From contig JAFTXD010000156.1 in assembly GCA_017461775.1 (NCBI GenBank), positions 21,088-85,087 of the forward strand: a stretch of DNA of 64,000 bases, given 5' to 3'. The position numbers were made by a program, and so were the translations under genes. Within the stretch, counting starts at the first letter, position 1; every line of letters starts with the position of its first letter. The stretch comes from Lachnospiraceae bacterium. GTDB taxonomy: Bacteria; Bacillota; Clostridia; Lachnospirales; Lachnospiraceae. The notes under the pieces were generated by a model. It searched no databases. It was not told where the DNA came from and was given only the letters and a program-made list of their open reading frames with translations. Below, one piece after another: positions 8,872 to 18,895 of this stretch.

Positions 8872-9525
8872 ATGTACAAAGCAGTGGTATTTGATATGGA
8901 TGGGGTTATTTTTGACTCCGAGAAAATGATTTTGGATATTTGGGTGGATTTGGGAAAGAGATATGATATCCCCAATATTGAAGAAAATATGTATAAGTGT
9001 CTTGGGGTGAACGCTGTGGAAACCAAGCAGATTTTTCTTAGAGCATATGGCGAAGATTTCCCTTATGATACGTATACCAAGGAGGTTTCCCGTAGATATC
9101 ATGCTATGGCGGATGGCGGGGAGCTGCCTATGAAGCCGGGAGTGGTAGAGCTGCTTTCTTTCTTAAAGGAAAATGGTTATATCATTGGTCTGGCATCCTC
9201 CACCAGAGAGGCCTGCGTACGTCAAGAGCTGACGGATGCGGGAATCATCGAATATTTTCAGGAGCTGGCCTGCGGGGATATGCTGAAAAAGAGTAAGCCG
9301 GAGCCGGATATTTATTTGATGGCCTGTGAGAAGCTTGGTGTTGCGCCACAGGATGCTATTGCTATCGAGGATTCCTTTAACGGCATCCGCTCCGCACACG
9401 CGGCAGGGATGACACCCATTATGGTGCCGGATATTATCCAGCCGAATGACGAAATGAAGGAAAAGAGTCATAAGATATTTGCGAGCCTTATAGAAGTGAA
9501 GGCGTGGCTGGAAACGATGAAGTAG
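8872..9525 (+). CDS. HAD family phosphatase (beta-phosphoglucomutase-like)
   Basis: FDMDGVIFDSE, KPEPDIY and EDSFNG motifs. Confidence 0.9.
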   Translation: MYKAVVFDMDGVIFDSEKMILDIWVDLGKRYDIPNIEENMYKCLGVNAVETKQIFLRAYGEDFPYDTYTKEVSRRYHAMADGGELPMKPGVVELLSFLKENGYIIGLASSTREACVRQELTDAGIIEYFQELACGDMLKKSKPEPDIYLMACEKLGVAPQDAIAIEDSFNGIRSAHAAGMTPIMVPDIIQPNDEMKEKSHKIFASLIEVKAWLETMK

Positions 9526-9536
9526 GAAAGAGAATT

Positions 9537-10199
9537 ATGAAAAAAAGAACCTTAGAAATATTGGCTGCTCTGGACGCGGAGTACGGGACGGAATACAAGT
9601 GCTATCTCAATCACGAGAATGCGTGGCAGCTTTTGATTGCCACCATGCTCAGTGCCCAGTGCACCGATGCCAGAGTGAATATTGTCACTGAGGATTTGTT
9701 TAAGAAATATACCAGTATCAAAGCCTTTGCGGAGGCAGATTTAAAGGAACTGGAGCAGGATATCAAACCCACGGGCTTTTACCATAATAAAGCAAAGAAT
9801 ATTATTTCCTGCTGTAAGGATTTGCACAATATTTATCATGATGAGGTGCCCAGCACCATTGAAGAACTGACCGGACTGGCCGGAGTGGGCCGCAAGACTG
9901 CAAATGTCATCCGGGGAAACATCTTCCACGAGCCCAGTGTGGTAGTGGATACCCATGTAAAGCGTATTTCCCGAAAGCTGGGACTTACGAAAGAAGAGGA
10001 CCCAGTGAAAATCGAGTTTGATTTGATGAAGGAGTTGCCCAGGGATCATTGGATTTTATTCAATATTCACATCATCCGGCTGGGAAGAACCATTTGCAAG
10101 GCACCTACGCCTAAGTGCAGCGAGTGCTTTTTGCAGCATCTCTGTCCGGAATATACAAGGCTGCAGAAGGAAGCGGCTAAGAAAGCGAAGAAGAAATGA
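9537..10199 (+). CDS. nth: Endonuclease III
   Basis: LSAQCTD, HhH LAGVGRKTAN, VDTHV and CxxxxxxCxxCxxxxxC Fe-S motif. Confidence 0.95.
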   Translation: MKKRTLEILAALDAEYGTEYKCYLNHENAWQLLIATMLSAQCTDARVNIVTEDLFKKYTSIKAFAEADLKELEQDIKPTGFYHNKAKNIISCCKDLHNIYHDEVPSTIEELTGLAGVGRKTANVIRGNIFHEPSVVVDTHVKRISRKLGLTKEEDPVKIEFDLMKELPRDHWILFNIHIIRLGRTICKAPTPKCSECFLQHLCPEYTRLQKEAAKKAKKK

Positions 10200-10897
10200 C
10201 CACATCCTATGTTTGTGTGGATTTGGAGACCACGGGTCTCAATCCCAAATATGAAAAGATAATTGAAATCGGTGCGGTAAAAGTGGTGGAAGGTAAGATT
10301 ACCGAGCGCTTTTCCAGCTTTGTAAATCCGGGAAGAAGGCTGGAGGAGCGTATCACCGAGCTGACCGGGATTACCCAGGAGCAGGTGGATGATGCACCCT
10401 ATATTGAGGAGATTTTGCCGAAATTTCTGGAATTCTGCGGTGACTTTGCATTGTTGGGGCACAGAATCCTCTTCGATTACTCCTTTTTAAAGAAAGCAGC
10501 AGTGAATCAGAAGCTGATCTTTGAAAAGAAAGGGCTGGATACTCTGCGGATAGCCAGACGTTTTCTGCCGGAGCTCCCCCACCGAACTCTGCCCTATTTA
10601 TGTGAGTATTATGAGATTCCCCATAAGGCGCACCGGGCCTTGCAGGATGCGGAGGCCACCTGTGAGCTGTATCGCATTCTGGGGGAAAAATTTTTTGCAG
10701 AAGGGGAGGAATGTTTTCATCCTCAGCCCCTGCATTATCAGGTAAAAAAAGAGACTCCCATTACGAAGTCTCAAAAAGAACGGTTATTAAGAATCCTAAG
10801 CCAGCATAAACTTACCTTAGATATGGATATTGACAAGCTCACCCGTAGCGAGGCCAGCCGCATTACAGATAAGATTCTTGCAAAGTATGGACGATGA
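10196..10897 (+). CDS. DEDDh 3'-5' exonuclease (DnaQ/PolC exonuclease-like)
   Basis: DLETTGL, FDYSFL and HRALQDA motifs. Confidence 0.9.
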   Translation: MTTSYVCVDLETTGLNPKYEKIIEIGAVKVVEGKITERFSSFVNPGRRLEERITELTGITQEQVDDAPYIEEILPKFLEFCGDFALLGHRILFDYSFLKKAAVNQKLIFEKKGLDTLRIARRFLPELPHRTLPYLCEYYEIPHKAHRALQDAEATCELYRILGEKFFAEGEECFHPQPLHYQVKKETPITKSQKERLLRILSQHKLTLDMDIDKLTRSEASRITDKILAKYGR

Positions 10898-11471
10898 GCT
10901 TGCCGGTCTTACTTTCCAGAGAAGAAGCGGTGTTGATGAGTTCTGTGATTTTGTCAGAGTTACCCTCTTCTCTATAAATATCAGCCAGCAGATAGTAGGT
11001 GGCACTGACATCGCTGCCGATGGATACCGCATATTCCAGAAGGGTACAAACGGCTTCTTTGTGACCGCCGTCATACAGTATTTTTGCCCAGCGCTGCAGG
11101 GTGGTGATCAGGGTAGTATAGTTCTCGTCATATTCTGACAGAGCCGTGATATTGGCAGTGCCGTAGGTCAGCTTTAAATCTGTGTTGGTAATGCCGGTAA
11201 AGTTTACAATTTTTCTGGTAGATAATGTTTCTACAATGGAGATATATTCCTGTACCCGCTCATTGTCGGTCATTAGCTGCATAGGAAAGGTGCTAAGGGG
11301 GATGGTGATGTAATCCAGGCCATCCAAGGATTTCTTGCGTACATTATTGGCGGCAAACTCCTTATCCCAGAAGCGCTGCTTTGCATCCTGTGTCTCTTTT
11401 GTATGCTTTTTCCTTAGCCCGGACAGGATGGAGAGGAAGATGATAAGACTTGCCAAAACAGGTAGTTTCAT
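10863..11471 (-). CDS. Hypothetical membrane-anchored protein
   Basis: 202-aa ORF with N-terminal hydrophobic anchor; AAAGGA RBS upstream. Confidence 0.7.
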   Translation of the reverse strand: MKLPVLASLIIFLSILSGLRKKHTKETQDAKQRFWDKEFAANNVRKKSLDGLDYITIPLSTFPMQLMTDNERVQEYISIVETLSTRKIVNFTGITNTDLKLTYGTANITALSEYDENYTTLITTLQRWAKILYDGGHKEAVCTLLEYAVSIGSDVSATYYLLADIYREEGNSDKITELINTASSLESKTGKLIVHTLQESYL

Positions 11472-11515
11472 TTATAATATCCTTTCAGTATAAAATAAGT
11501 GTTGGAGGTAGACTT

Positions 11516-11623
11516 ATGTTTAATTTTCATAATCGTAAGACCAAGAAGATTATTTCTTCTGTAATTATAGCCTTTTTAATTCTTGCTATGGTAATTCCAA
11601 CCTTAGCATATTTGGTTGTTTAA
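11516..11623 (+). CDS. Small single-TM protein (35 aa, DUF4044-like)
   Basis: GGAGGT RBS; MFNFHNRKTKKIISSVIIAFLILAMVIPTLAYLVV*; too short for the ORF track. Confidence 0.65.
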   Translation: MFNFHNRKTKKIISSVIIAFLILAMVIPTLAYLVV

Positions 11624-11658
11624 TTCAAGACATGGATTGATTTAATGAGGAATGGAAG

Positions 11659-13104
11659 ATGGGAAATGCTTTAAAAAAGGGCTTGCCGATTCTGGCAATG
11701 CTTTGCAGTTTTCTGTTTATTAGTCTGCCGGTGCAGGCTAAGGAAGTTGTATACATTAAAGATGGAATTTATGTTTCTGACATACATGTCGGTGGAATGA
11801 CTGTGGAGGAAGCTACAGCTGCTGTAGAGGAGTATGTAGAATCCCTGCAGCCACTGGAGTTTACATTGCAGGCAGCGGAGGCCGGAGAAAGCGTAGTAAC
11901 AGCCCAGCAGCTGGGGCTGACCTGGAAAAATGAGGAAGTTATCCGGGAAGCGGCGGCGGTAGGCCAGAAAGGAAACATCATCCAGCGTTACAAGATGATG
12001 AAGGACCTGCAGTATAATAACCTTCGTTTTGAACTGGAATTTGATGTAGATGTGGAAGCAGTCAGCCTTCTGGTGGAAGACTGTGCAAAATATGACAGAG
12101 ATGCCATAAATATGTCCTTAAAGAGAGAGGACGGAGAATTCGTCATTGTGGAGGGACAGATTGGTTACAAGCTGGACGTAGAGAAATCCATTGATGAGGT
12201 AATTGACTTTATCACACAGGACTGGAATCACCAAGGTGGTGCCATTGCCTTGGTAGTGGAGGAGGCACAGCCCAGAGGAACGGCGGAGGAGCTTTCCGTG
12301 GTACAGGATGTGCTTTCCAGCTATACCACCTCCTTTAAAAGCTCTGGAGAAGATCGGAGTGCTAATGTTACTAATGGCTGTAAGCTGATTGATGGAACAG
12401 TGCTTTATCCCGGCGAGGAGTTCTCCACGATGGAGAAGGTAACACCTTTTACGGAGAAGAATGGCTATTATATGGCAGGCTCCTATCTCAGCGGTAAGGT
12501 TGTGGATAGTCTTGGCGGTGGTATCTGTCAGGTTTCTACTACTCTTTACAATGCGGTGCTTTTTGCAGAGCTGGACGTTACCCAGCGCTACAACCATTCC
12601 ATGGTAGTAAGCTACGTGGAGCCATCTGCGGATGCAGCTATCGCAGAGTCCGCGGGCAAGGATTTTAAGTTTGTAAACAATACAGAGTATCCTATATATA
12701 TTGAGGGTAAGGTGAAGAATAAGAAGCTTACCTTTACGATTTATGGTAAGGAGACCAGACCGGAAAATCGGGAGGTATCCTTTGAAAGTGTGATTTTGGA
12801 GACCACACCCGCGGGTCCCGAAGTAATTTATACAGATGCGAGTCAGAAAATCGGCTATGTGTCAAAGCAGAGTGCCCACATCGGTTATAAGGCACAGCTT
12901 TGGAAGATAGTGAAGGTGGATGGAGAAGAAGTATCCAGAGAGCAGGTGAACAGAAGTACTTATAAGATGTCACCCAGACAGGCCACATTTGGCGTTGCCA
13001 CTGCGGACCCGAATGCGTATAATGAGATTATGGCGGCAATCGGTACCGGCAGCATCGACCATACGGTGAATGTGATGAATATGCTGATGGCTGCGCCGGT
13101 GTAG
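11659..13104 (+). CDS. VanW family cell-envelope protein (PG-binding region, VanW domain, G5-like tail)
   Basis: Signal peptide; GGGICQVSTTLYNA and HS..VSYV VanW motifs. Confidence 0.88.
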   Translation: MGNALKKGLPILAMLCSFLFISLPVQAKEVVYIKDGIYVSDIHVGGMTVEEATAAVEEYVESLQPLEFTLQAAEAGESVVTAQQLGLTWKNEEVIREAAAVGQKGNIIQRYKMMKDLQYNNLRFELEFDVDVEAVSLLVEDCAKYDRDAINMSLKREDGEFVIVEGQIGYKLDVEKSIDEVIDFITQDWNHQGGAIALVVEEAQPRGTAEELSVVQDVLSSYTTSFKSSGEDRSANVTNGCKLIDGTVLYPGEEFSTMEKVTPFTEKNGYYMAGSYLSGKVVDSLGGGICQVSTTLYNAVLFAELDVTQRYNHSMVVSYVEPSADAAIAESAGKDFKFVNNTEYPIYIEGKVKNKKLTFTIYGKETRPENREVSFESVILETTPAGPEVIYTDASQKIGYVSKQSAHIGYKAQLWKIVKVDGEEVSREQVNRSTYKMSPRQATFGVATADPNAYNEIMAAIGTGSIDHTVNVMNMLMAAPV

Positions 13105-13148
13105 CCTCAGGGCTCGGAGAATGCTTCAGAATAAAAGGTTGTGTATTC

Positions 13149-14129
13149 ATGAGATTTGGTAAAGTGTCCGACAGCGTTTTAAAGCGTTCGGTATTAAAGA
13201 ATATCAAAAAGAGAAGAAATGAAATGGTAATTGGCGCAGCACCCGGGGAAGACTGCGCCATTTTTTCATTATCTCAAGGCGCAAAACTGTCTACCTGCAC
13301 TTCCCAGGCAGTAGTGTGTGGGGAAGAGGATACTGCCAGATTACTGCAAAAGGTAATGAATAATTTAGCCTGCAGTGGCGCAGCCCCTGTGGGTGTGATG
13401 CTGAATATCACCCTGCCGGAGAATGCCAGAGAAATCCGCATTAAGGAAATTATGGCAGGAGCGGAGAAGGCCGCAGCCCCGGCAAATGTGCAGATTATGG
13501 GTGGTCATACCACTGTCAGCCCCTACGTGACGAAAACGATTGTTTCTGCCACCGGCTATGGGCAGATTACCGGCAAAGCCCTGACAACCAAGGGAATCAA
13601 GCCGGGGATGGATATAGTAGTCAGCAAATGGATTGGCTTAGAGGGCACAGCCCTTTTGGCCAGAGGGGCAGAAGCGGAGCTGAAGAAGCGTTATCCTGCC
13701 TATATGATAGATGAAGCTATCTGCTTTGAGCAGTGCTTATCCATTTTACCGGAGGCCGCAGTCGCCGTATCGTCCGACACGAGGCATATGCATGATGCTT
13801 CCGAGGGCGGTATCTTTGCAGCTCTCTGGGAACTTGCAGAAAGCTCTGGTGTTGGACTGGAAATAGAGCTTCGCCGGCTTCCTATCAGACAGGAGACGGT
13901 GGAGGTGTGCGAATTCTTGGGCGTGAATCCCTATGAGCTTCTTTCCGGTGGCAGCCTTCTTATGGCGTGCGAGGATGGAAAGGCTCTGGTGGATAAGCTT
14001 CTGGAAGCAGGAGTCAACGCCGTGGTAGTAGGCAGAACCACGGACAACAACGACAAAATCATCTATAATGGCGAGGAAAAACGATTTATGGATAAGCCCG
14101 CCATGGATGAGATACATAAATTTATGTAA
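13149..14129 (+). CDS. AIR synthase-related (PurM/HypE-like) protein
   Basis: GEDCA, GGHT and MHDASEGG motifs. Confidence 0.85.
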   Translation: MRFGKVSDSVLKRSVLKNIKKRRNEMVIGAAPGEDCAIFSLSQGAKLSTCTSQAVVCGEEDTARLLQKVMNNLACSGAAPVGVMLNITLPENAREIRIKEIMAGAEKAAAPANVQIMGGHTTVSPYVTKTIVSATGYGQITGKALTTKGIKPGMDIVVSKWIGLEGTALLARGAEAELKKRYPAYMIDEAICFEQCLSILPEAAVAVSSDTRHMHDASEGGIFAALWELAESSGVGLEIELRRLPIRQETVEVCEFLGVNPYELLSGGSLLMACEDGKALVDKLLEAGVNAVVVGRTTDNNDKIIYNGEEKRFMDKPAMDEIHKFM

Positions 14130-14145
14130 AGAAAGGAAGAGAGTC

Positions 14146-14628
14146 ATGGAAGAACAGTTATTGAAAATTATAGAGAAAAACAGTCGTATCGATTTAAAGG
14201 AACTGGCAGTTATTTTAGGTGTGGAAGAGATTGATGTGGTAAACAAGCTGGCAGAGCTGGAAGCAAAGGGAACCATCTGCGGCTACCATACACTGATTAA
14301 CTGGGAGAATACCAGCTTAGAGAGCATCTCCGCATTAATTGAGGTGCGCGTAACTCCTCAGAGCGGTCAGGGCTTTGACAATATTGCAGAGAGAATTTAC
14401 AAGTACCCGGAGGTGCATGCAGTATACCTGATTTCCGGTGGCTACGATTTATTGGTATCCATCGAGGGAAAGACCTTACGTGAAGTTGCTGCATTTGTAT
14501 CCGAGAAGCTTTCAGCAATCGATTCCGTACTCAGTACTGCAACACACTTTGTATTGAAGAAATACAAGGATCACGGTACCGTCCTCAGTAAGAGAAACTC
14601 TGACAAGAGGGAGGTTATCACACCATGA
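14146..14628 (+). CDS. Lrp/AsnC family transcriptional regulator
   Basis: N-terminal HTH; YLISGGYDL; translationally coupled to the aminotransferase. Confidence 0.9.
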   Translation: MEEQLLKIIEKNSRIDLKELAVILGVEEIDVVNKLAELEAKGTICGYHTLINWENTSLESISALIEVRVTPQSGQGFDNIAERIYKYPEVHAVYLISGGYDLLVSIEGKTLREVAAFVSEKLSAIDSVLSTATHFVLKKYKDHGTVLSKRNSDKREVITP

Positions 14629-15797
14629 GAAACCCGTTAGCTGATAAAGTAGTAGAAATCAAGCCGTCGGGTATCAGAAAGTTCTTTGACATCGTTAGTG
14701 AGATGGAGGATGCTATCTCTCTGGGAGTGGGCGAGCCGGACTTTGATACACCATGGCATATTCGTAATGAGGGTATCCGCTCCTTAGAGGCAGGTAAGAC
14801 CTTCTATACCTCCAATGCCGGCTTAAAAGAGCTGAAAATGGAGATTTGCAATTATATCGAGAGAAAGCAGGGTGTCCGCTACGATTTCGCAGGCGAAGTA
14901 CTGGTAACGGTAGGGGGCTCTGAGGCTATCGATATGGGACTTCGCGCCATGATTAATCCGGGAGACGAGGTACTGATTCCTCAGCCCAGCTACGTATCCT
15001 ACGAGCCTTGTGCAGTGCTTGCCGGTGCGACCCCGGTGATTATCGATTTAAAGGCGGAGAATGAGTTCCGTTTAACCGCAGCTGAGCTTCGGGAGCATAT
15101 CACTGACAAGACCAAGGTACTTATTTTACCTTTCCCCAACAATCCTACCGGTGCCATTATGGAGAAGAAGGATTTGGAGGAAATTGCAGAAATAATCATT
15201 GAGAAGGATATTTTCGTCATATCCGATGAGATTTATTCTGAGCTTACATATAAGGATGAGCATGTGTCCATTATCACCATCCCGGGAATGAGAGAAAGAA
15301 CCGTCATGATTAACGGTTTCTCCAAGGCCTATGCCATGACGGGCTGGAGACTTGGCTATGCCTGCGGTCCGGCAAATATCATCGGGCAGATGACCAAGAT
15401 TCATCAGTTTGCTATCATGTGTGCCCCCACCACCAGCCAGTATGCTGCGGTAGAGGCATTGAAGAATGGAGACGATGACGTAAAGGAAATGAAGGAGTCC
15501 TACAACCAGAGACGCCGCTTTTTGATGCATGCCTTCAAGAAGATGGGGCTGGAATGCTTTGAGCCCTTCGGTGCATTTTATGTATTCCCCTGTATCAAGG
15601 AATTTGGTATGACCAGTGATGAATTTGCCACCAAGTTCTTAGAGGCAGAGAAGGTCGCTGCGGTGCCGGGTACTGCATTTGGGGACAGTGGAGAAGGCTT
15701 CCTGCGTATTTCCTACGCATATTCCATGGACACTTTGCGTATCGCCATGGAACGTCTGGAGCGCTTTGTAACAAAGCTTCGTAACGGAGAGATTTAA
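14625..15797 (+). CDS. Class I/II PLP-dependent aminotransferase
   Basis: GEPDF, PNNPTG, SDEIY and SKAYAMTGWRLG motifs. Confidence 0.95.
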   Translation: MRNPLADKVVEIKPSGIRKFFDIVSEMEDAISLGVGEPDFDTPWHIRNEGIRSLEAGKTFYTSNAGLKELKMEICNYIERKQGVRYDFAGEVLVTVGGSEAIDMGLRAMINPGDEVLIPQPSYVSYEPCAVLAGATPVIIDLKAENEFRLTAAELREHITDKTKVLILPFPNNPTGAIMEKKDLEEIAEIIIEKDIFVISDEIYSELTYKDEHVSIITIPGMRERTVMINGFSKAYAMTGWRLGYACGPANIIGQMTKIHQFAIMCAPTTSQYAAVEALKNGDDDVKEMKESYNQRRRFLMHAFKKMGLECFEPFGAFYVFPCIKEFGMTSDEFATKFLEAEKVAAVPGTAFGDSGEGFLRISYAYSMDTLRIAMERLERFVTKLRNGEI

Positions 15798-15800
15798 GAT

Positions 15801-16298
15801 ATGAATATTATATTACATCAGCCGGAAATACCTCAGAATACCGGCAATATCGGAAGAACCTGTGTGGCTACCGGGGCTTCCTTGCATCTCATCGAGCCTC
15901 TGGGCTTTCGACTGGATGAAAAGGCCATCAAAAGAGCCGGAATGGACTACTGGCAGCACCTGGACGTGCACCGCTATGTGAATTTCGAGGAGTTTAAGGC
16001 CAAGAATCCAAATGCGAAAATCTGGATGGCTACCACAAAGGCAAAGTATACCTACACAGAAGTGGAGTTTGGTCCCGACGACTTCATCATGTTTGGCAAG
16101 GAAAGTGCGGGAATACCGGAGGAGATTCTGGTGGATTACGAGGATACCTGTATCCGCATCCCCATGCTTCCGGAGATTCGTTCCCTGAACTTATCCAATT
16201 CCGTGGCAATTGTGCTTTATGAGGCACTTCGCCAGACCGGGTTTGAAAGCATGCAGCTTGCCGGTGAGCTTCATCGCCTGCACTGGAAAGAATCATAA
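15801..16298 (+). CDS. trmL: tRNA (cytidine(34)-2'-O)-methyltransferase
   Basis: PEIPQNTGNIGRTC, RAGMDYW, FGKESAG and RSLNLSN SPOUT motifs. Confidence 0.92.
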   Translation: MNIILHQPEIPQNTGNIGRTCVATGASLHLIEPLGFRLDEKAIKRAGMDYWQHLDVHRYVNFEEFKAKNPNAKIWMATTKAKYTYTEVEFGPDDFIMFGKESAGIPEEILVDYEDTCIRIPMLPEIRSLNLSNSVAIVLYEALRQTGFESMQLAGELHRLHWKES

Positions 16299-16306
16299 CA
16301 AAAATT

Positions 16307-16336
16307 ATACCCCTGTCAGACTGACAGGGGTATTTA
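16307..16336. terminator. Terminator hairpin between convergent genes
   Basis: ATACCCCTGTCAG-A-CTGACAGGGGTAT perfect inverted repeat. Confidence 0.75.
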
Positions 16337-16342
16337 CATGCA

Positions 16343-17014
16343 CTATGAACCGGCTTTTCCTTTGGTATTTTTCAGTCGCATACGCTCCTTGGTAACGATA
16401 TACTTATCAATGCCGGGAACATCCTTGTTAAAGCGGCATCCTACCTTAATACGGTTTTTCTCCATGGGGACGATGTTTACTACAATACCGGAAAGACGGA
16501 AGGAGAAATTCTCATCCAGACGCTCGATATAATCATTCAGGTTGGCATATATCACCTGATCCATCTCGATAGGCACGGTATCGTCACATACGAAGCCAAA
16601 ACCGGTATTACTTACATCCTTCATGTAACCATCATAGGTCTGTTTGTTGAGTCCAAGCTGAACGGTGGTGGGAGTACCAACTGTGCAACGGAAGGATGCT
16701 CGTCTGTTAAATGCCTTACTTCCGGCGATGGTACGAAGAGCATACCAAATAGAGCCATCAGCTTTCTTTATTAAGTTAATTTCCACATTCACAAAAACCT
16801 GTGGATTAGCATTCTCCAAAGGAAGCATTATATCTGTAATGACATTATGTCCTTTGAAGGTAAGGAGCTTCTCATCCTGTTTGATAAGCTCTGCCAGAAT
16901 CATATTTTTGTCGGCGATAATGTCGCCGGTAGTAGTTTTAAACTCCAGCTGATTTCCCGGAGTTCGGGCAATAATAACAATTTTCGAACCTGGTTGAATA
17001 TCTGTGATTAACAT
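16343..17014 (-). CDS. PilZ domain (c-di-GMP receptor) protein
   Basis: NRRASFR (RxxxR) and DVSNTG (DxSxxG) motifs. Confidence 0.85.
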   Translation of the reverse strand: MLITDIQPGSKIVIIARTPGNQLEFKTTTGDIIADKNMILAELIKQDEKLLTFKGHNVITDIMLPLENANPQVFVNVEINLIKKADGSIWYALRTIAGSKAFNRRASFRCTVGTPTTVQLGLNKQTYDGYMKDVSNTGFGFVCDDTVPIEMDQVIYANLNDYIERLDENFSFRLSGIVVNIVPMEKNRIKVGCRFNKDVPGIDKYIVTKERMRLKNTKGKAGS

Positions 17015-17158
17015 ATGACCTCGATAGACTGAAACTGGTAAATTCTTCCTATATATTAGAATACTTGAAAAATGTCACCACGTCAATTGGGCATTTTGTG
17101 GAAGTTGTAAAAAAGTACTGTTCATGTTAAAATAGTACCAGAAATGAGAGGGCTACCT

Positions 17159-17845
17159 ATGAGAATTGAGCGTGTAGATGATAAAACGGTGAAATGTTAC
17201 ATCTCTATTGAAGAGATGCGCGAATATGATATTACGTATAAGGATTTCGTGGCTCGTACGGACAAGGCCAAGGAAATCGTGGAAGATATTATAGCCCAGG
17301 CCACAGAAGAGGTGGGCTACAAGCCGCCCCAGTTTGCTTTGGACTTACAGATTATGATGCTGCCGGAAAAAGGTATGGTACTGACCTTTTCTGAGAAATC
17401 TCCTCTGGACGTGGAGGGGAATCCTTCCGTGCTGGAGTATCTGAAGGAGATGAAAAAGGCATTAGAAGTCCAGATGAGCAAGGCTGCCGGGAAAGAAATT
17501 CAGGAAAGCAGTGAGCCTGTGTTGAAGAGTGAGCCCCAGCCTCCGGAGGATATGCCGGATTTTGCAGTGTTTGCCTTTGCATCTCTCCATGATTTGTGCG
17601 AATATGTGAAGATTTTACCTACAACATTGCGGGTTATCAGTTGTTTATATAAATTAGAGGATACCTATTACCTGTATCTGGAAAAGGGAGCTGCTGCGTA
17701 TAAGAGGTATTCCAGAGCTTGTGTGAAGGCCTTGGAATTTGGTTCCCTGTATGGCGCCACCTTAGATAAACTGACCTTTATCGATGAGCATGCCAGATGT
17801 CTACTCCCTGAGAAAGCAATTGCCAAAATACGTCAGATGGGCTGA
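17159..17845 (+). CDS. mecA: Adaptor protein MecA family
   Basis: MRIERVDDKTVKCYISIEEM N-terminus; S.LYK....YYL and EFG C-terminal pattern. Confidence 0.8.
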   Translation: MRIERVDDKTVKCYISIEEMREYDITYKDFVARTDKAKEIVEDIIAQATEEVGYKPPQFALDLQIMMLPEKGMVLTFSEKSPLDVEGNPSVLEYLKEMKKALEVQMSKAAGKEIQESSEPVLKSEPQPPEDMPDFAVFAFASLHDLCEYVKILPTTLRVISCLYKLEDTYYLYLEKGAAAYKRYSRACVKALEFGSLYGATLDKLTFIDEHARCLLPEKAIAKIRQMG

Positions 17846-17871
17846 AATTTGTAATTCTCGACAAAAATCAC

Positions 17872-17938
17872 TTGACAATATTGTGAAAAATGATTATAGT
17901 TCTAAATGCAATTGCAACTCATTTGCATTTAGAACTAT
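17872..17938 (+). promoter_or_regulatory. sigma-A promoter with overlapping Fur-family (Zur-like) operator
   Basis: TTGACA(17872)-17 bp-TATAGT(17895); 16-bp arms ATAGTTCTAAATGCAA / TTGCATTTAGAACTAT. Confidence 0.7.
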
Positions 17939-17956
17939 TTTTATGGGAGACATCTT

Positions 17957-18808
17957 ATGTTACACGAACTTTCACATATTGTTATACATACCCTTAAGGA
18001 TAATGTGTTTTTAATTCTTTTCCTGTTTCTCACCTATGTGGTGATGGAATGGCTGGAGCATAAAGCCGGAGGACATGCCAACGAGCTGATAAAGAAGGCA
18101 GGAAGTGCAGGGCCAATCATCGGAGCGGTGGTAGGAATCGTGCCTCAGTGTGGTTTCGCAGCAGCAGCAGCCAACCTTTATGCGGGTCGGGTTATCAGCA
18201 TGGGTACACTGGTTGCCATTTTTCTGGCTACCTCTGATGAGGTATTACCTATATTACTTGCACATCCGGGAGCGTTATCCTTGATTTTTGTGATTTTCGG
18301 TTTGAAGATAGTGGTGGGAGCTGTCTGTGGTCTGGTGATTGACAAGGTATTGCCTGCTAAGGAAGACCATGACCATATTCACGAGATGTGTGAGGATGAG
18401 CATTGTCACTGCGAGAAAGGGGTAATCCGTTCTGCATTGACACATACTCTGCATATTGCCGTATTTATTTTACTGGTATCTTTTGTGCTCAATTTGGTGA
18501 TGCATACGGTAGGAGAAGAGGCTCTGGGCAATCTGGTGCTGAATCGTCCGATTATTGGACAGATTGCAGCGGCTGTTATCGGACTTATTCCCAACTGTGC
18601 ATCCTCGGTAGTACTAACCCAACTTTACTTAAAGGGTGCTATGGGCTTCGGGGCGCTGATGAGCGGTTTGTTTGTGAATGCAGGCGTGGGATTACTGATT
18701 CTGTTCCGCGTAAATCATGACAGACGGGAAAATATAAGGATTATGTCCCTGCTGATGTGCATTGGTATTGCAACAGGCATCATTATTGGATTTGTTCCGA
18801 TTTTTTAA
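17957..18808 (+). CDS. Putative metal (Mn/Zn) transporter permease
   Basis: Multiple TM segments; duplicated PQCG/PNCA motifs; His-rich loop EDHDHIHEMCEDEHCHC. Confidence 0.82.
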   Translation: MLHELSHIVIHTLKDNVFLILFLFLTYVVMEWLEHKAGGHANELIKKAGSAGPIIGAVVGIVPQCGFAAAAANLYAGRVISMGTLVAIFLATSDEVLPILLAHPGALSLIFVIFGLKIVVGAVCGLVIDKVLPAKEDHDHIHEMCEDEHCHCEKGVIRSALTHTLHIAVFILLVSFVLNLVMHTVGEEALGNLVLNRPIIGQIAAAVIGLIPNCASSVVLTQLYLKGAMGFGALMSGLFVNAGVGLLILFRVNHDRRENIRIMSLLMCIGIATGIIIGFVPIF

Positions 18809-18841
18809 TAGTTTTATATTATTGGAGGTTGAAAGAGCCTT

Positions 18842-18874
18842 GTAGAGCACCTGACTCTTAATCAGGGTGTCCAG
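18842..18874 (+). repeat. 33-bp exact copy of the central part of tRNA-Lys(CTT)
   Basis: GTAGAGCACCTGACTCTTAATCAGGGTGTCCAG is identical to 19443-19475. Confidence 0.95.
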
Positions 18875-18895
18875 AGGTCTTTCGAAGTATGAAAT

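Noticed and set aside
11659-13104. VanW as vancomycin resistance
   Set aside because: No vanHAX/vanRS genes nearby; VanW-domain proteins are common envelope proteins
13149-14129. Hydrogenase maturation factor HypE
   Set aside because: No hyp cluster and no C-terminal PRIC motif; treated as a generic AIR synthase-related protein
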